A stretch of 64,000 nt of DNA. Source: Camelus ferus. Taxonomy: Eukaryota. The stretch is from contig NC_045707.1 in NCBI RefSeq assembly GCF_009834535.1, positions 50,532,001 through 50,596,000 of the forward strand, written 5' to 3'. The notes under the pieces are model-generated. The model made no database searches. It saw only the letters and a list, made by a program, of their open reading frames with translations, and was not told the DNA's origin. This document shows positions 38,193 to 51,064 of the stretch, one piece after another. Every line of letters starts with the position of its first letter. The first letter of the stretch is position 1. The position numbers and the translations under genes are program-made.

Positions 38193-39474
38193 CAAAAATA
38201 AACTCAAAATGGCTTAAAGACTTAAATATAAGACAAGACATGAAAAATTTCCCAGAAGAAAACATAGGCAAAACATTCTCTGACATAAATCTTAGCAATG
38301 TTCTCCTAGAGCAGTCTACCCAGGCAATAGAAATAAGATCAAAAATAAACAAATGGGACCTAATTAAACTTACAAGCTTTTGAACAGCGTAGGGAAACCA
38401 TAAGCAAAACAAAACAACAACCTATGGAATGGGAGAAGATATTTGTAAATGATGCGCCTGACAAAGGCTTACTTTTCAGAATATATAAACAGCTCATACA
38501 ACTTAACAACAAAAAAATAAACAACCAAATCCAAAAATGGGCAGATTTAAACTAGCAATTCTCCAGTGAAGACATACAAATGGCCAACAGGCACATGAAA
38601 AAATGCTCAATATCACAATTAGCAGAGAAATGCAAATCAAAACCATAATGAGGTATCATTTCACACCAGTCAGAAAGGCCATCATTCAAAAGTCCATAAA
38701 TGATAAATGCTGGAGAAGGTCTGGAGAAAAGGGAACCCTTCTACACTGCTCGTGGGAATGCAGTTTGGTGCAGCCACTGTGGAAAACAGTATGGAGATTC
38801 CTCAAAAGACTAGGAATAGACTTTATCATATGATCCAGCAATCCCACTTCTGGGTATATATTCAGAGGGAACTCTCATTCAAAAAGATACATGCACCCCA
38901 ATATTCACAGCAGCACTACACACAATAGCCAAGATATGGAAGCAACCTAAATGTCCATTAACAGATGACTGGATAAAGAAGTTGTGGTATATTTATACAA
39001 TGGAATACTACTCAGCCATAAAAAAGAATAAAATAATGCCATTTACAGCAACATGGATGGACCTAGAGATCATCATTGTAAGTGAAGTAAGCCAGAAAGA
39101 GGAAGAAAAATACCATATGCTATCACTCACATGTGGAATCTAAAAAAAGAAAAAAGGACACTATGAATTCATCTACAAAACAGAAACAGATTCACAGACA
39201 TAGTAAACAGTCTTATGGTTACTGGGGAAAGAGGATGAGAAGGGATAAAATTGGGAGTTAGAGATTTACAAATGTTAGTCACTATATATAAAAATAGATT
39301 TTAGAAAAGTTTCTGCTGTATAGCACTGGGAACTATGTTCAATATCTTGTAATAACCTTTAATGAAAAAGAATATGAAAATGAATATATGTATGTATATG
39401 CATGACTGGGACATTGTGCTGTACACCAGAAATTCACACATTGTAACTGACTGTACTTCAATAAAAAAATACAT
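38193..39474 (+). mobile_element. 5'-truncated lineage-specific L1 (ORF2 C-terminus plus 3'UTR)
   Basis: [60 protein letters not shown] (38177-38192)/AAGTAAAGTGTGTCTC (39475-39490). Confidence 0.93.
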
Positions 39475-39509
39475 AAGTAAAGTGTGTCTCTTTGGAAATC
39501 CATGTGGAT

Positions 39510-40080
39510 TATCCATTAGCTATTGCTACCTGTTATCTATTGCTAGATAACAAACCACCCCAAAATTTACTGGCATAACATTTCATCATGATTTTTTTGC
39601 TTAGCAATTTGGGCTGGGTTGACTTGGGCAGTTCTGCCATTCTCATCTGGAGTTACTCATACAATTGCAATCATCTGGAGGTTTAACTGGGATTGGATAG
39701 TACAAGATGGTTATGTTTCTGGTGGTTACTGTTGGCTGTCAGCTAGTTGGTCTAGGGGCTTCGGAGAGAAGGGTTCTTCTTGTGCCATGAGGCCTTTTAT
39801 CTTTGGTTTGCTAGATCAGGCATCTTCACATGGTATCTCAGGACAGTGGTTCAAGAGAGTAAGAATAAAAGCTGTAAAGTCTCTTGGAGCCTAAGCTAAA
39901 AAGTCCTCTATCATTAGGTTTGCTGTGCTCTATTGGTTAAACCAGTTAAGGGCCAACTGAAGTTTAAGGACTGGGACAGTAGACTCTGCCTCTTGATTGG
40001 GGAATTGGCCAAGTCACATTACAAAAGTCCACAGTGATGGGAGGAAGTATTATGGTGATTGCCACAGACAATTTACCACA
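39510..40080 (-). mobile_element. MaLR LTR (MLT1G/H-like)
   Basis: TCTATTGCTAGATAACAAACCACCCCAAAATT, TCTATTGGTTAAA, GACTCTGCCTCTTGATTGG, AATTTACCACA. Confidence 0.7.
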
Positions 40081-41559
40081 CCACAAATCTGATGTTTGAT
40101 ATTGTTCTTTTAAACTAGTGGTATAAGAAGGACACTCCTTGAGGAAGACTCAATGGCACAAATCCCAAAGAAAAAGTTACATTTTCAATAGAGACACTTC
40201 ATTAAGTATGGTGAGTCAAGGACAAATTGAATCACTAGAAATCTGTGAAGGAGTTTATGTAGCAAGTAGAGGAATACATTAGGAACAAACAAGACAGAAG
40301 ACATGGCCAAGACAACCATGACTGAGAACCATGTGGGTCAAACCAAAGGAAAAGGGCATTGGCATCATGCAATAGATAAAGTCATTTTGGGGTAAAAGTT
40401 AAAAAATCATAGTAAAGGGCATCATTGGAAAGAGTTTGGGAGGAGCAGATAATACAGATAGAGTTGTCTCAACTGGTTCCAAGTAGGATTGGGCAGAGTA
40501 GAAAACAGGGTATATGAAGCATCATTTCTAGGGGTGTCATGAACAGGTGTTGGATTTGGCCCATGATCCAATACATAAAGCAGTGTGAGGACAGACAGGG
40601 TCAAAAAGCCTGAGTTAACTAGCACGTGCCAAACTAGGAAAATGCTGAGCAAGAGGAAGAGTTAAATTCACAAATTTGAAAAGGTATACAAAACGAAAGA
40701 GATCCCACCAGAAGTAGTTCTTAGGGCGATCTGAATAATTCTCTCAGTCGGCATCTTGTCAGCCTGATAAGAATTTATGTACAAATTACATATCAGCATC
40801 CATTCAAAAACACATATTCAGCACTCATAATGTTTCAAGCACAATATTAGGCTGTGAAGATACAAGGTCAAGCAAAGCGTATTCAAGGGCTTACCAACAT
40901 TATCAACATAAGAGGTAACAGTTATAATAACACAAAATCCTGGAGTCATAGAAGGAACATTTCATTGAGTCTTGGATACAGCGCAGGCTTCCTGGAAGAT
41001 TAATGTTTAAACTGGGGCCACAAATATGGGAAATTATCATGGTATGGTGGAGAAAGGAGTGGTAGCAGAAAATATAGCACACTTAAAGGAACCTTAGGTC
41101 AAGTAATGTTGGACAAATTTACAGCACTCTATTACTTGAGAGTTTGCTCTTAGAATTACAATAACCATAATTACAATTGTTATCAACTATTAAATTTCTT
41201 GCACATGCTATACACTGTACTAGTAGGCACTCTATAATATTACTGATCTTTAAAAAACCAAATAGCATAGAGTATTTATTCCACTGCACACACACATACA
41301 CACAAATACAAAGTTAGGTTAGTAAAATATCGAGCTTGGTTTAGTTCCAAACCATGGCTCTTCACTCTAGGGTACATGGCCTTTTGATAAGACCATGGCA
41401 CAAACCAGGAGTTGTATTTGTCCATGCTACTCTCAGAAAGACCATTAATTAATCTCAGCAACAAGACTGCTATTTTCACCAAAAGGAAACTGTACAATTT
41501 TAGACAATATATTTCCATAAGATGAAAATCTAAGTGATGAAGGTGATAATTTTTGTTCA

Positions 41560-41815
41560 GTGAAACAGATTACAGTAGACAGAACACAGGATTTGGAGCC
41601 CATAGAGTCTTATGTACTAATCTTGGCTCAATCATTTATTAGCAATGTGACCTTGGTCAAATTACATAAATTTTCTGAGCCTTATCTAATTACTTTTAAA
41701 ATTGGAATAATGCTGCCAATGTCATTTCATTATTGTGATGACAAACATCACGATAATGTAGATAACATGCTTAGGGTAGTGTCTAGCACATAGTAGGTGC
41801 TCAGTAAATGATATC
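41560..41815 (+). mobile_element. MIR SINE, near full length
   Basis: TTATTAGCAATGTGACCTTGGTCAAATTAC...TCTGAGCCT...TAAAATTGGAATAAT...TCTAGCACATAGTAGGTGCTCAGTAAATG. Confidence 0.8.
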
Positions 41816-42064
41816 TTCAGCAATGAAAAATGGTTTAAATTCAGGTATCAGCAAATCAGTTAATTAAGCCTGAGTTCTCACACTGCTTCCAATCTTTTGG
41901 TCAGTTTGCTTAACTGCTTCTCTTTGAAGCTTTCAAACAGGACATGTTTAACCTGGACCATAGCAAACATGAATATCCTAAGTGGACCAGACATTCCAAC
42001 TGATGGAGCAGATAGGAAAATGGTAGTATTGAAGACCCCACTTGGAAGAACTTCTGGGCCAAAT

Positions 42065-42300
42065 GGAGTTGTAAATTGGTAACCTGTAGGGAAATTTGTT
42101 GTTCAGACACATTTTGCCTTATAAAGTAAATAAAGAGGAAAAAAAGAGATTTGAACTAACATTAAATATTGAGTGATAGCACCTAAAATCCAAATCAGGC
42201 TTCTCTTAAAAAGCACAGGTCTTCATTCCTACCTGCCACTTGGAGCCAAGTAGAAGTTCCCGTGTTTAGGAGAACATGTGCTCTCTAGTTCTTCAGTGTT
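42065..42300. mobile_element. MER102-like hAT-Charlie DNA transposon
   Basis: TAAAATCCAAATCAGGCTTCTCTTAAAAA and CATGTGCTCTCTAGTT motifs. Confidence 0.5.
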
Positions 42301-43904
42301 AGGATAACCATATAGTTTATTGTCAAAAGTATCATATGTTGGAAATGTTGGGTGTGGAATCATTAATTATGCCAAAACAGGCATTAATCAGCTCTGGCCC
42401 TGGGCAAACTGGCATAAACTGTACTATGGTCCTTGTTACTCCCTACTGCTTCTCACATGGAATCACACTATTCTACATCACTTGCCTTTCACCTGTAGGC
42501 TCCTTTCAAGAGCATCTGGTCCTTTGAGTGAGTCCAAGGATCAGTTTATTAATTTAGGGGGTTCAGCATTCTTATAAGTGAATATTAAGTCAAAAATATG
42601 TATAATAAAATCTGACTAGGATATCCAAGATGATATACAGTACTTAAATAGTTATATTTTTCTCTATAGTTTTCTTTGCATTCAAAATATTCCATTATTA
42701 AAATACATTTTAAAATGCTTTTACAGACTTGTACTTAATGAAAGCAGCAAAAAAGAAAAAAAAAGGGCACAGTTTTCATATTATCGAAATGTCAATAATT
42801 TTTCCAAGCCAAGCAGGTTTGGGGATTTCATTTAAAGAACACATTTGCTGTACATGGTAAAACATCTTTTGGAAGGAGTGATCAGTAATAAGTGACCAAA
42901 GAAAAATGACGCACATGGAATATGAAGTTGGTGACATGAACACAACCAGCTTCGGAGGGAAACAGTGCGAGCGTATTTAGAATGGACAGCAGGCTTTGCA
43001 ATCTGTTGTGCTGGAGTTTTAGGGACTTACCACAGACAGTGTTTGTTATTGCAGAATGTTTTGCTTCCCAGGAGAAAGGAAGATTAACCAAAGGCAATAT
43101 AACATTTAAAAATACACAGATGATACAGCAAAATAAAGTCTTAGACTATAAACCACAAAAAGCCCAATATATTTGTTTGGGAATTACTGGAGTGGCCCAC
43201 AATCTAATGCTTCCATCCTAAGGATGTTTATAGAAAGAGAAGATTGAGTAATGCTTGCACTGGCTTTTCAGCAAAGGCTCCACTACCACCTCCCACAATC
43301 CCCATTCTCTTGTGGCTTCTCGGACTTCTATAATTTCCTTTTGACACATTTGATTTTTTGTCTCCTAAAATGTGGCTTGCCTGTGGAATGTGTGTCAAAA
43401 AGCAAGCCTTATTTACTCATTGGGAAACTAACCACTAGTGTAGAGTTGGGCATACCTAATGGGAAGAGAGAAAGAAGGGCCACGTGCTCACCCACCCACC
43501 ACACAGGACAGCCACTTCTAGGCAACCAGCCATTTTGTTTCAAACATCACAACAGAAACCACAGGTTGGACCAAATGGCGTCTCAGGCCTAGAGTGTGCT
43601 GGCTGACTGACGTTCTTGCCAAAAGTTTCCTCTAAGTTCCAGAAATTCCTTCTTTGTGTTCTGAGATGTCTGAAATGCTTCTTTCTCCCTTAGGATGACA
43701 ATTCCTTGGGTTGTTTAAAAAGACTTTTGCTCTTTAATTCAACCATGGTGGGGATGGTTAAGTTAGGGTGTAAGTAATGTTTTCTATGACATTTAATCCA
43801 GTTTTATAACTCAATAATTACTTTAATTTTTATTTATTCTTCCAGGTATAGAAATTCTATGAAGGAAGAATAGGCTTTAAGACATTTAAAACAGCCCTAT
43901 TTCA

Positions 43905-44060
43905 CAAGTTTATACTGTATAGCACAGGGAACTATATTCAAAATCTTGTAACCTATAATGGAAAAGAATATGAAAATGAATATAAGTATATATATTATGA
44001 CTGAGACATTATGCTGTAGGCCAGAAATTGACACAATATTGTAAACTGACTATACTTCAA
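43905..44060 (+). mobile_element. L1 3'UTR terminal fragment lacking an A-tail
   Basis: ACTGTATAGCACAGGGAACTATATTCAA...GTAAACTGACTATACTTCAA, similar to 39310-39462. Confidence 0.85.
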
Positions 44061-44299
44061 AGCTTCAAATGCTATTATGGTGAAGATGGAGGGACTCAAC
44101 AGTTGACACTCCCACATGTACACTGGTCATTCCTATGCTGTACTCCTGTTGGCTCTCCACAAAAATAGTAACATTACAGCAGCAATAACAAAAACAAATA
44201 CATCACATGAAAATAATGGTACTGAAAATTTTAACTAGAAAATTTACAATTCCTCATGGAATAGCTTATTTTTAATCTCTATTATATTATGTTATTGTA

Positions 44300-44570
44300 C
44301 AATCATTATAATAATAGTTGATACTTAACTATGGATTTACTATTATCAGGTGGCTTACTAAGTATTTTCATGTATGTACACATTTAACCAATATGATAGC
44401 CCTTCCAAGTAGTACAAAAAACTCTATTTTATAGGTTGTAAACTGATGTTTAAAGAAATAAGCAATTTATTTGAGGTCATGTAGCTCACTAGTGACAAAG
44501 CAGGGATTACAATGGGTTTATCTATCTGACCGTAAAGTCCTCAAGTTCTTCAGCCACTGCTATACTGACT
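44300..44570 (-). mobile_element. MIR SINE
   Basis: CTATTTTATAGGTTGTAAACTGATG...TTTGAGGTCATGTAGCT..AGTGACAAAGCAGGGATT. Confidence 0.65.
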
Positions 44571-44697
44571 CTACTGTTCTTAGGCTCTTGGACAAGACAA
44601 GTGCTGGTCTGCTCTTTGATTTTAAGTTCAGCTAAATTCAACTAACACTTGTTGAACCCTTACACAGTCATAGGCATATAACCAAACTATTTCTCTT

Positions 44698-45028
44698 TCT
44701 TTTAAACACTTTTTGCTTTTTATTTAAAAAAATTTTAACACCTTTATTGTGGTATGGTTCCTGTACAGTAAAGTATACATATTTCAAATGTACAATTTGT
44801 GAATTTTGATAGATGTATACATCAATGAAACCATTACCACAATAAAGATAGCTAACATTTCCATCACTCCACAAGAGGTACAATTTTTGAATTCCCAATT
44901 TAGCCCTTCCGACCCCTTTACCCCCAGTAACCATAAGTTTGTTCTCTATGTCTGTGAGTCTCTTTCTATTTTGTAGATAAGTTCATTTGTGCCTTCTTTT
45001 TTTTCTAGATTCCACATATAAGCAATAT
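44698..45028 (-). mobile_element. Chimeric L1 insertion: young 3'UTR piece fused to an ancient L1M 3' end and A-rich tail
   Basis: Perfect 15-bp TSD CAAACTATTTCTCTT (44683-44697/45029-45043). Confidence 0.88.
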
Positions 45029-45789
45029 CAAACTATTTCTCTTGACAGAGGTATCTTTGACTCTCTAACTTGCAGTTTCCTTTATGTAATACCTACCTAC
45101 CTCATAGGAGTGTTGAGTATATTATCAGTAAAAAAATAGCTATTATTATCATTATTAAAAAAAATAAGTTCCTAGCATAAGATGGGTTATCAATAAATGT
45201 TGGATGGATGGATGGATGAATGAATGAATGAAAGTATAGTGAGACAGAGTCTTGTCTATAAAAAGTTAATATTTCTGGTTGTAGGGACAACAGAAATATC
45301 TAGCTATCTGTGCTTCAATGGCATGAGTTTTATACTAACAAGACATAGTATAAACACATTGGTTCTATTTGTGCAGAAATGAGCAAATAATTAAACTTCG
45401 GCAGGAATGACAAGGCAGCAAATTACAGAAGGCTTTATAGAAGGAGGAAAGGAAAAAGAGAAGAAAGAAAAAAGAAGGCAGGCAGGAAATGTCAGGGTGG
45501 CTCAAGGAATAGAGAAAGACAGACAAGAAATAGGAAAGCCAATTAGGAGATTATTCAATTATTGTAAACCTTAAGGACCAAAAAAAAAAAAAAAAGATAA
45601 AAGTTTCAACTTGGCAGTCACAAGGAATGAAAAGATAAGGATGAGTTCCAGGGGCACTGGAGCATTTGGCAAGGCTTAGTGACTGATTAAATGCAGGAGG
45701 TGGAGGAGGAGACAGAACTAGATTTCCGGCTTGTGCAACTCAATGGAGGATGACGATGCCATCAAGATGAGAAGAACTGGTTCCACAGT

Positions 45790-45960
45790 GTATTTCTAGG
45801 GACATTATTATCTTCTTAATCTTTACCTTCCTTCCCTGTAAACTTAAGATAGTAACAGTCCTCATCACATATAGTTGGGTGAAGATAAAGTGATACGGTA
45901 ACAGACGAGGAATTTAGCACAATGGTTGGCACTTAGTAAGCGCTCAATACGTAGCTCTCT
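45790..45960 (+). mobile_element. MIR SINE fragment
   Basis: GTGAAGATAAAGTGA...TTAGCACAATGGTTGGCACTTAGTAAGCGCTCAATA. Confidence 0.65.
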
Positions 45961-47726
45961 TACTTTGTGGGACTGACAGTAGGGCTGGAACGGTAAAGAA
46001 CAGATACATTCAGTGCTGTGGTATTTGAGTTTGAGTTACTTATAAATCATCTCAGTCAGCATGTGGAATTTCTGAAAGAACATCCGGTAGTTTGTGAATG
46101 TCAGGAAAAGAAGACAAGCCCTTTGGTTGAAATGTGATTTTAGTGATGTTTTAAATTTAAGTAAAAGAGATAATAAAATAACCATGGCTCTTCCTGAGAC
46201 ATGATATTAAAGTCAATCAGTAAAGGATGTTTGGGGAGGAGTACCTATTGCCCGCAGTAGGGGACCAATCTTGGACTCTCACAACCTCTGTAACTCCATT
46301 TTCGAAAGCAGACTGACTGCTCATTCCAGAATGTAAGAGTCACCACACCACTCAAACTTAGAAAACTACCTTCCTTCCCCCAAATTACACATTGGGGTTG
46401 ATAATCCCTCTTGACTTACTAATAGGGGGTGAAAATTTTAATTCAGATTTAATTTGGTATGTTAGTCATGTTCTGCCTATTGCTGTTTTGTATTTGAGCA
46501 TAGCAATTTAATCTGTAATCATTTCTCCTACTTTCTCTGTATTTTTTTCACTGCTTGGAATTGCCTTCTTTGTTCATACTATCATTTAAAACTTCTTCAT
46601 GGTGTTGATTTTTAAAATAGCCTATGGTCTTTGGCTCTTTATTGATAAAATAAAATTGTATTTAGCTTATTCCTTAGTGAAACTTATTTTCTGCTTTAAT
46701 CAGAAACTGGAGTGGGAGGTGAACCCTTGCATTATGTAGGATTTTTAGTGACTGGATATATTTTAAGAATAAGCATATGGGAAAGATGAATTCATTATTC
46801 ATACTAAATCCAACCATTTAGAATTCAGCCTTATATGAAAAGAAAATCCATGATATCCAACAGCCAACTATTTGCCAAATCAGTGAAGTATTTGACTCTA
46901 GGTGTATGTCATTTTTTATAGCAAATACCTGACTTTGACTTGTATATTAACCTCAGTTCTTAAGGTATCATGTAGGTATGTAAGTGAATTCTTTTTTATT
47001 ATTATGTAGACTAACTCAAGCCATAAAAAGTACAATTCAGTTTCTTCATGAGGCAAAGTGAACCACAATTTAAAAAAATATATGTGGACCTTCTCAGGAA
47101 AGTAAAGCAGAGATATTTAACAAACATGAAAAAAACAATTTGAAGAACATTTTCAGCTAAGACATTTTGGGCAGTAAATTGATAGTACAGCTTGTTGAAT
47201 CTTTGCCTGTCATGTATTGTTTATGCAAAATGTTGCCAGTAGACTCATATCTTAATTCGCCCAACACCAAATGCAGCACAGACTGTTTATGTAACCTAAG
47301 AACACACACTATAAGTGACTGTTTTTCCTTGAATTAGCATTTATGAAGCAAATCACTTAACTATTCACAATAAATAAGTAAACAGACATTTGAAACCTTC
47401 CTTTGATATGGAAGTTATTTAACATTTAGAGAATAGAATAACCTCCAAATTTGTTTAAGACAAAAATAACATGATTGACTCTCTTCTACAGTCTCTGCTA
47501 ACATGGAGGAGCAGACTTCTGATTAGACATGACACACTGAATATTTTAGAGTGCAAGTTCATTTTTATTTGTCAGAATTTCAACACATTTGTCAGGCTGC
47601 AGAATACTTCATTGAAGATTTATCTTATAGATTTGTTTCCCTTTTTCTTTACATGACCAGAAAGTCACCTTGTTGTCTTTAGCATAATAAGCCACCTTAA
47701 AAGAAATAAATCATTCTCTTTCTGAC

Positions 47727-47800
47727 TGTGTGTGTGTGTGTGTGTGTGTAGCGTGTGTGTGTATGCTTGTGCGCGTGTGTGTGTGTGTATGCTTGTGCGC
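47727..47800. repeat. Compound (TG)n microsatellite with a duplicated GTGTGTGTGTATGCTTGTGCGC unit
   Basis: Read directly from the sequence. Confidence 0.9.
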
Positions 47801-49139
47801 AAGTGGGAGGAAGAAATTATAGGGCTCCTTAAGGCAATCAGAATTAACACCCCAGGTAGTTAGACAGGTTACCACATAGCAATGTTTATTTAAAAAACAT
47901 GTGTCATGATCTTTACATTTCAAGAGCAAAAAAGAATTGCCACCTGAAACTTTGGGGTGAGACTTCCCAGTGAAGGAAAAGGCAAGATAGTTTTAAGTTT
48001 GCAGATGGACATGTGAATTAATTCTGACACTCTGTGGCAGCTGGCATTTGAGGGATTGGCCTGTAAGAGTTGTCAGTTAAAAGCACCAGCCTGAGGTGCT
48101 GTAAACAACACACAGCTGAGGTTGGCTTGGGAGGAAATTCGTGCTTGGGGCAGGGACCCCCTCAGGGCACATTAGCATCATCTCAGTGACTGTAAAGCCA
48201 TTAGAACCAGAGGCAGCGAAAGGCTCCTCTCCCTGGGGAGTGGAGGTCAGACTTCCTACCCTTCAGACTCTGTGGACCATGGACTTCCTACTAATTTGGC
48301 AGGTATGGATTTGACTGGTTTTATACTTTTTTTAAATAAGCAAAACTACCATAATTTAAAGTTGATATAGCAATTCAAAGCAGCTTTATTTTGGGTGATT
48401 TTAGCATTTTTGCCTTCTTTTGCAACATACATCAGCATTAAGCAGAGTTGGGGCCGATCATTTTCAGACAGTGGTCACAAACTATTCGGTAGTTTCCTCT
48501 ATAGAATGTGAACCTGATCGAGGCTTATTTGGGGAATTATGGTGACAGTCAAAAGAATGAGCTTATTAAGATGTCACAGAATGCTTCAACATCTGGATTA
48601 ACAGAGTCCAGATGGAGAGCGGTGACAAATGCAGACTAATGTGAGTTTTCTAAAAACCTGAATTTCTGTTTGGTTTCTAGGACACAACCTAAAAGAAGGA
48701 CATTGAGAGTAATTCTCAGACTTTATTTTTAAAAAGAAAAAATAAAGAATAAAAAAATGTAACTTCTTTATGGAGAAAGAGGGGAGTCATATCCTGTAAA
48801 TCATTACCAGAGTTTTTAATCCTAGAGTATAAGAACATCCTTATTGGCTCAAGACAAAGAAAGCCATCAATGATACGGGTTACCATGTTGGAGAAAGTGA
48901 CTGGGAATACAAAATAAGGAGCAGAAACTGAGGGCATTTTTGAATATAGATTGCCATCTCACCCTTCAGGTAATTCAGACCACTAAATGGTCTCTTGAAT
49001 GGCAAATAACAGAATGAAATAGAGACAACTAAGGATAGCTTATGTGGTTGTGTCTTGGAGGTAAGTGAAGTGCTCTGAGAGACAAAGCCACAATTACCAT
49101 AGCAGGAAGTTTCAAGGAGCTAAAGCTGTGTTTGGGAAT

Positions 49140-49680
49140 ATAGGCCATGCTTGTTAAATTTCTTACTCTTACCAAAATATATCAAAATTAAAATATGTTT
49201 ACATCCCCTTAATCTAACAATTCTACCATTGAATATGGTTCCCAAAGAAGTAAAAGCACTCTTATGTGAGAGGAAACATAAATGTAGAAAGAGATGGAGA
49301 AAGATTTTATACTAATTTATTGACATACATATAGGGATGTTTCTGACAGAATTGTTTGTAGTGTACCAAAAATACCTGGAAAATTGAGAACATTTATCAG
49401 CAGAGGCATGGTTAAGTACATTTCGATATATCCATGCTATGCAATATTATGCAAAATTAATGACCTATAGGCTGAAAAAAAGCAAATTTAGGGTGATGTG
49501 CATAACATGATAACATGATCCTTTTGTACTAAATCAAAGTGAGAAATGTGTGTATGCGTGTTTGTGTGTGTGTGTGTGTGGTGCAGGTGTGCATGGGCAC
49601 ATTTGCGTGAGAATGGAGACAGATGTGAAAGGACACACCAGGCTGATTTTATTGGTTATCTCAGTGGAGCAGGATTGGAG
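49140..49680 (+). mobile_element. Ancient L1ME-like 3' region
   Basis: AACAATTCTACC, AGGGATGTT...ATTGTTTGTAGTG, ATGGTTAAGTACATTT..ATATATCCATGCTATG. Confidence 0.6.
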
Positions 49681-50894
49681 GAGATGGTGGGGTAGGATCT
49701 ATAAGATAAATCATTTTTAATGGCTAGATTGGTTCAGAGTTGCTTGGTTACCAGAATTTTCAAATCCAGTCTCTTTAAAATGAAAAACTAACAAAACAAA
49801 CTACAATTTAAAAAAAACTCCAGAAAATTGCTCTACAGTTTGCCAATTTTTTACTTTGTCAAAATAGAACATTTAAACATATGTATCTATTATCAATATT
49901 TTATAAAAGAAAAGACATTTAGTACAAAAAGGAAGGAAAGGCATAAGCTAGAGGTGATCTTTCCAAGAAAGATAACCTTTCTTTCTTCGAAATATAACCA
50001 CATGTAGTATTGTTCTTATTTTTCTCATTTCAACACAATCTAGTGAGAACCTTATCCTGGATCAAGCTTATGACCCATTTGTCTAGTGGAAAGCACTGTA
50101 CTCAAGAGTCAGGACATCCAGATTCTTCCACAGACACTCACTTCCTCAGCTTCACACAACCTAATCCCTCTGGGCTATGTCATCAGGAAGGTTGACCAGA
50201 TAAATCTCAAAAGTCCCTTTGCTTTGCAGCATCCTATTATTCATGATGATTTTACTTCTTACTCTTCACAGCTCCTCTGTTCTTTGTTTTTATTCATTTA
50301 TTTAGCAAATGCTTATTGAGAGTCTATGTATACATCAGACATTGTGACTGCCACTGGGTCATAGCAATGAACAGGGTAGGCAAAGTCTTTTTTCTCAGAA
50401 AGCTTGCATTCTCTTGGGGAGACAATAAGGAAACCAATGAGAGTAAATATAGAGAGAATGACAGATTATGGCAAGTGCTTCAAAGGCATGTGATGAAGTG
50501 TGAATGTGGAGGGTTTAAGGAAAAGTGACCTGAGCTGAGTTTCCCCCAGGATTTTTCTGAGGATTTGAGCTGAGACCTGAAGAATAAATAGGCCTGAGCT
50601 GAATGGGAGCTGGGTACAGAGCATGGTCATGCAGAGGTAACAATTCATGAACTGCTGAGGGACTTGGTTACTCCAGGGACAGAAAGGAGACTGGTGAGGC
50701 TGAAGTGTGATGAGCAAATAGGGGAGTGGAGTGAAGGAGGAGGCAGGACAAAAGAGGATGGAGAAGTGGGAAGCCAGATCATGCAGGGCACAGGAAGTGT
50801 TTGAATTCTTACATAAATGCAATGAGAAGCCACTGAAAGGTTCTAAGCAAGGGAACAAAATAATCTGATTTATATTTTAAAATGACTGAGACCA

Positions 50895-51042
50895 GGGGGA
50901 GGGTATAGCTCAAGTGGTAGAGAGCATGGTTAGCATGCACAAGGTCCTGGGTTCAATCCCAAGTACCTCCTCTAACAATAAACAAACGTACTTACCTCCC
51001 CCACCACCAAAATAAAAATAATTAAGTAATACAATAATAAAT
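50895..51042 (+). mobile_element. Vic-1-type tRNA-Ala-derived SINE (camelid)
   Basis: GGGGGAGGGTATAGCTCAAGTGGTAGAGAGCATGGTTAGCATGCACAAGGTCCTGGGTTCAATCCC with pol III A and B boxes, A-rich tail; degenerate TSD AAAATGACTGAGACCA/AAAATGTCCAAGACCA. Confidence 0.9.
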
Positions 51043-51064
51043 AAAATGTCCAAGACCACTGGCT

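Noticed and set aside
43185..43217. WD40-like peptide DGSIRLW after an acceptor on the minus strand
   Set aside because: Only 7 residues, the frame stops after 23 codons, and no other WD40 exons were found.
50895..50970. tRNA-Ala gene (also 30840-30912 on the minus strand)
   Set aside because: Both have an A-rich tail, TSDs and disrupted stems; they are tRNA-derived SINEs.
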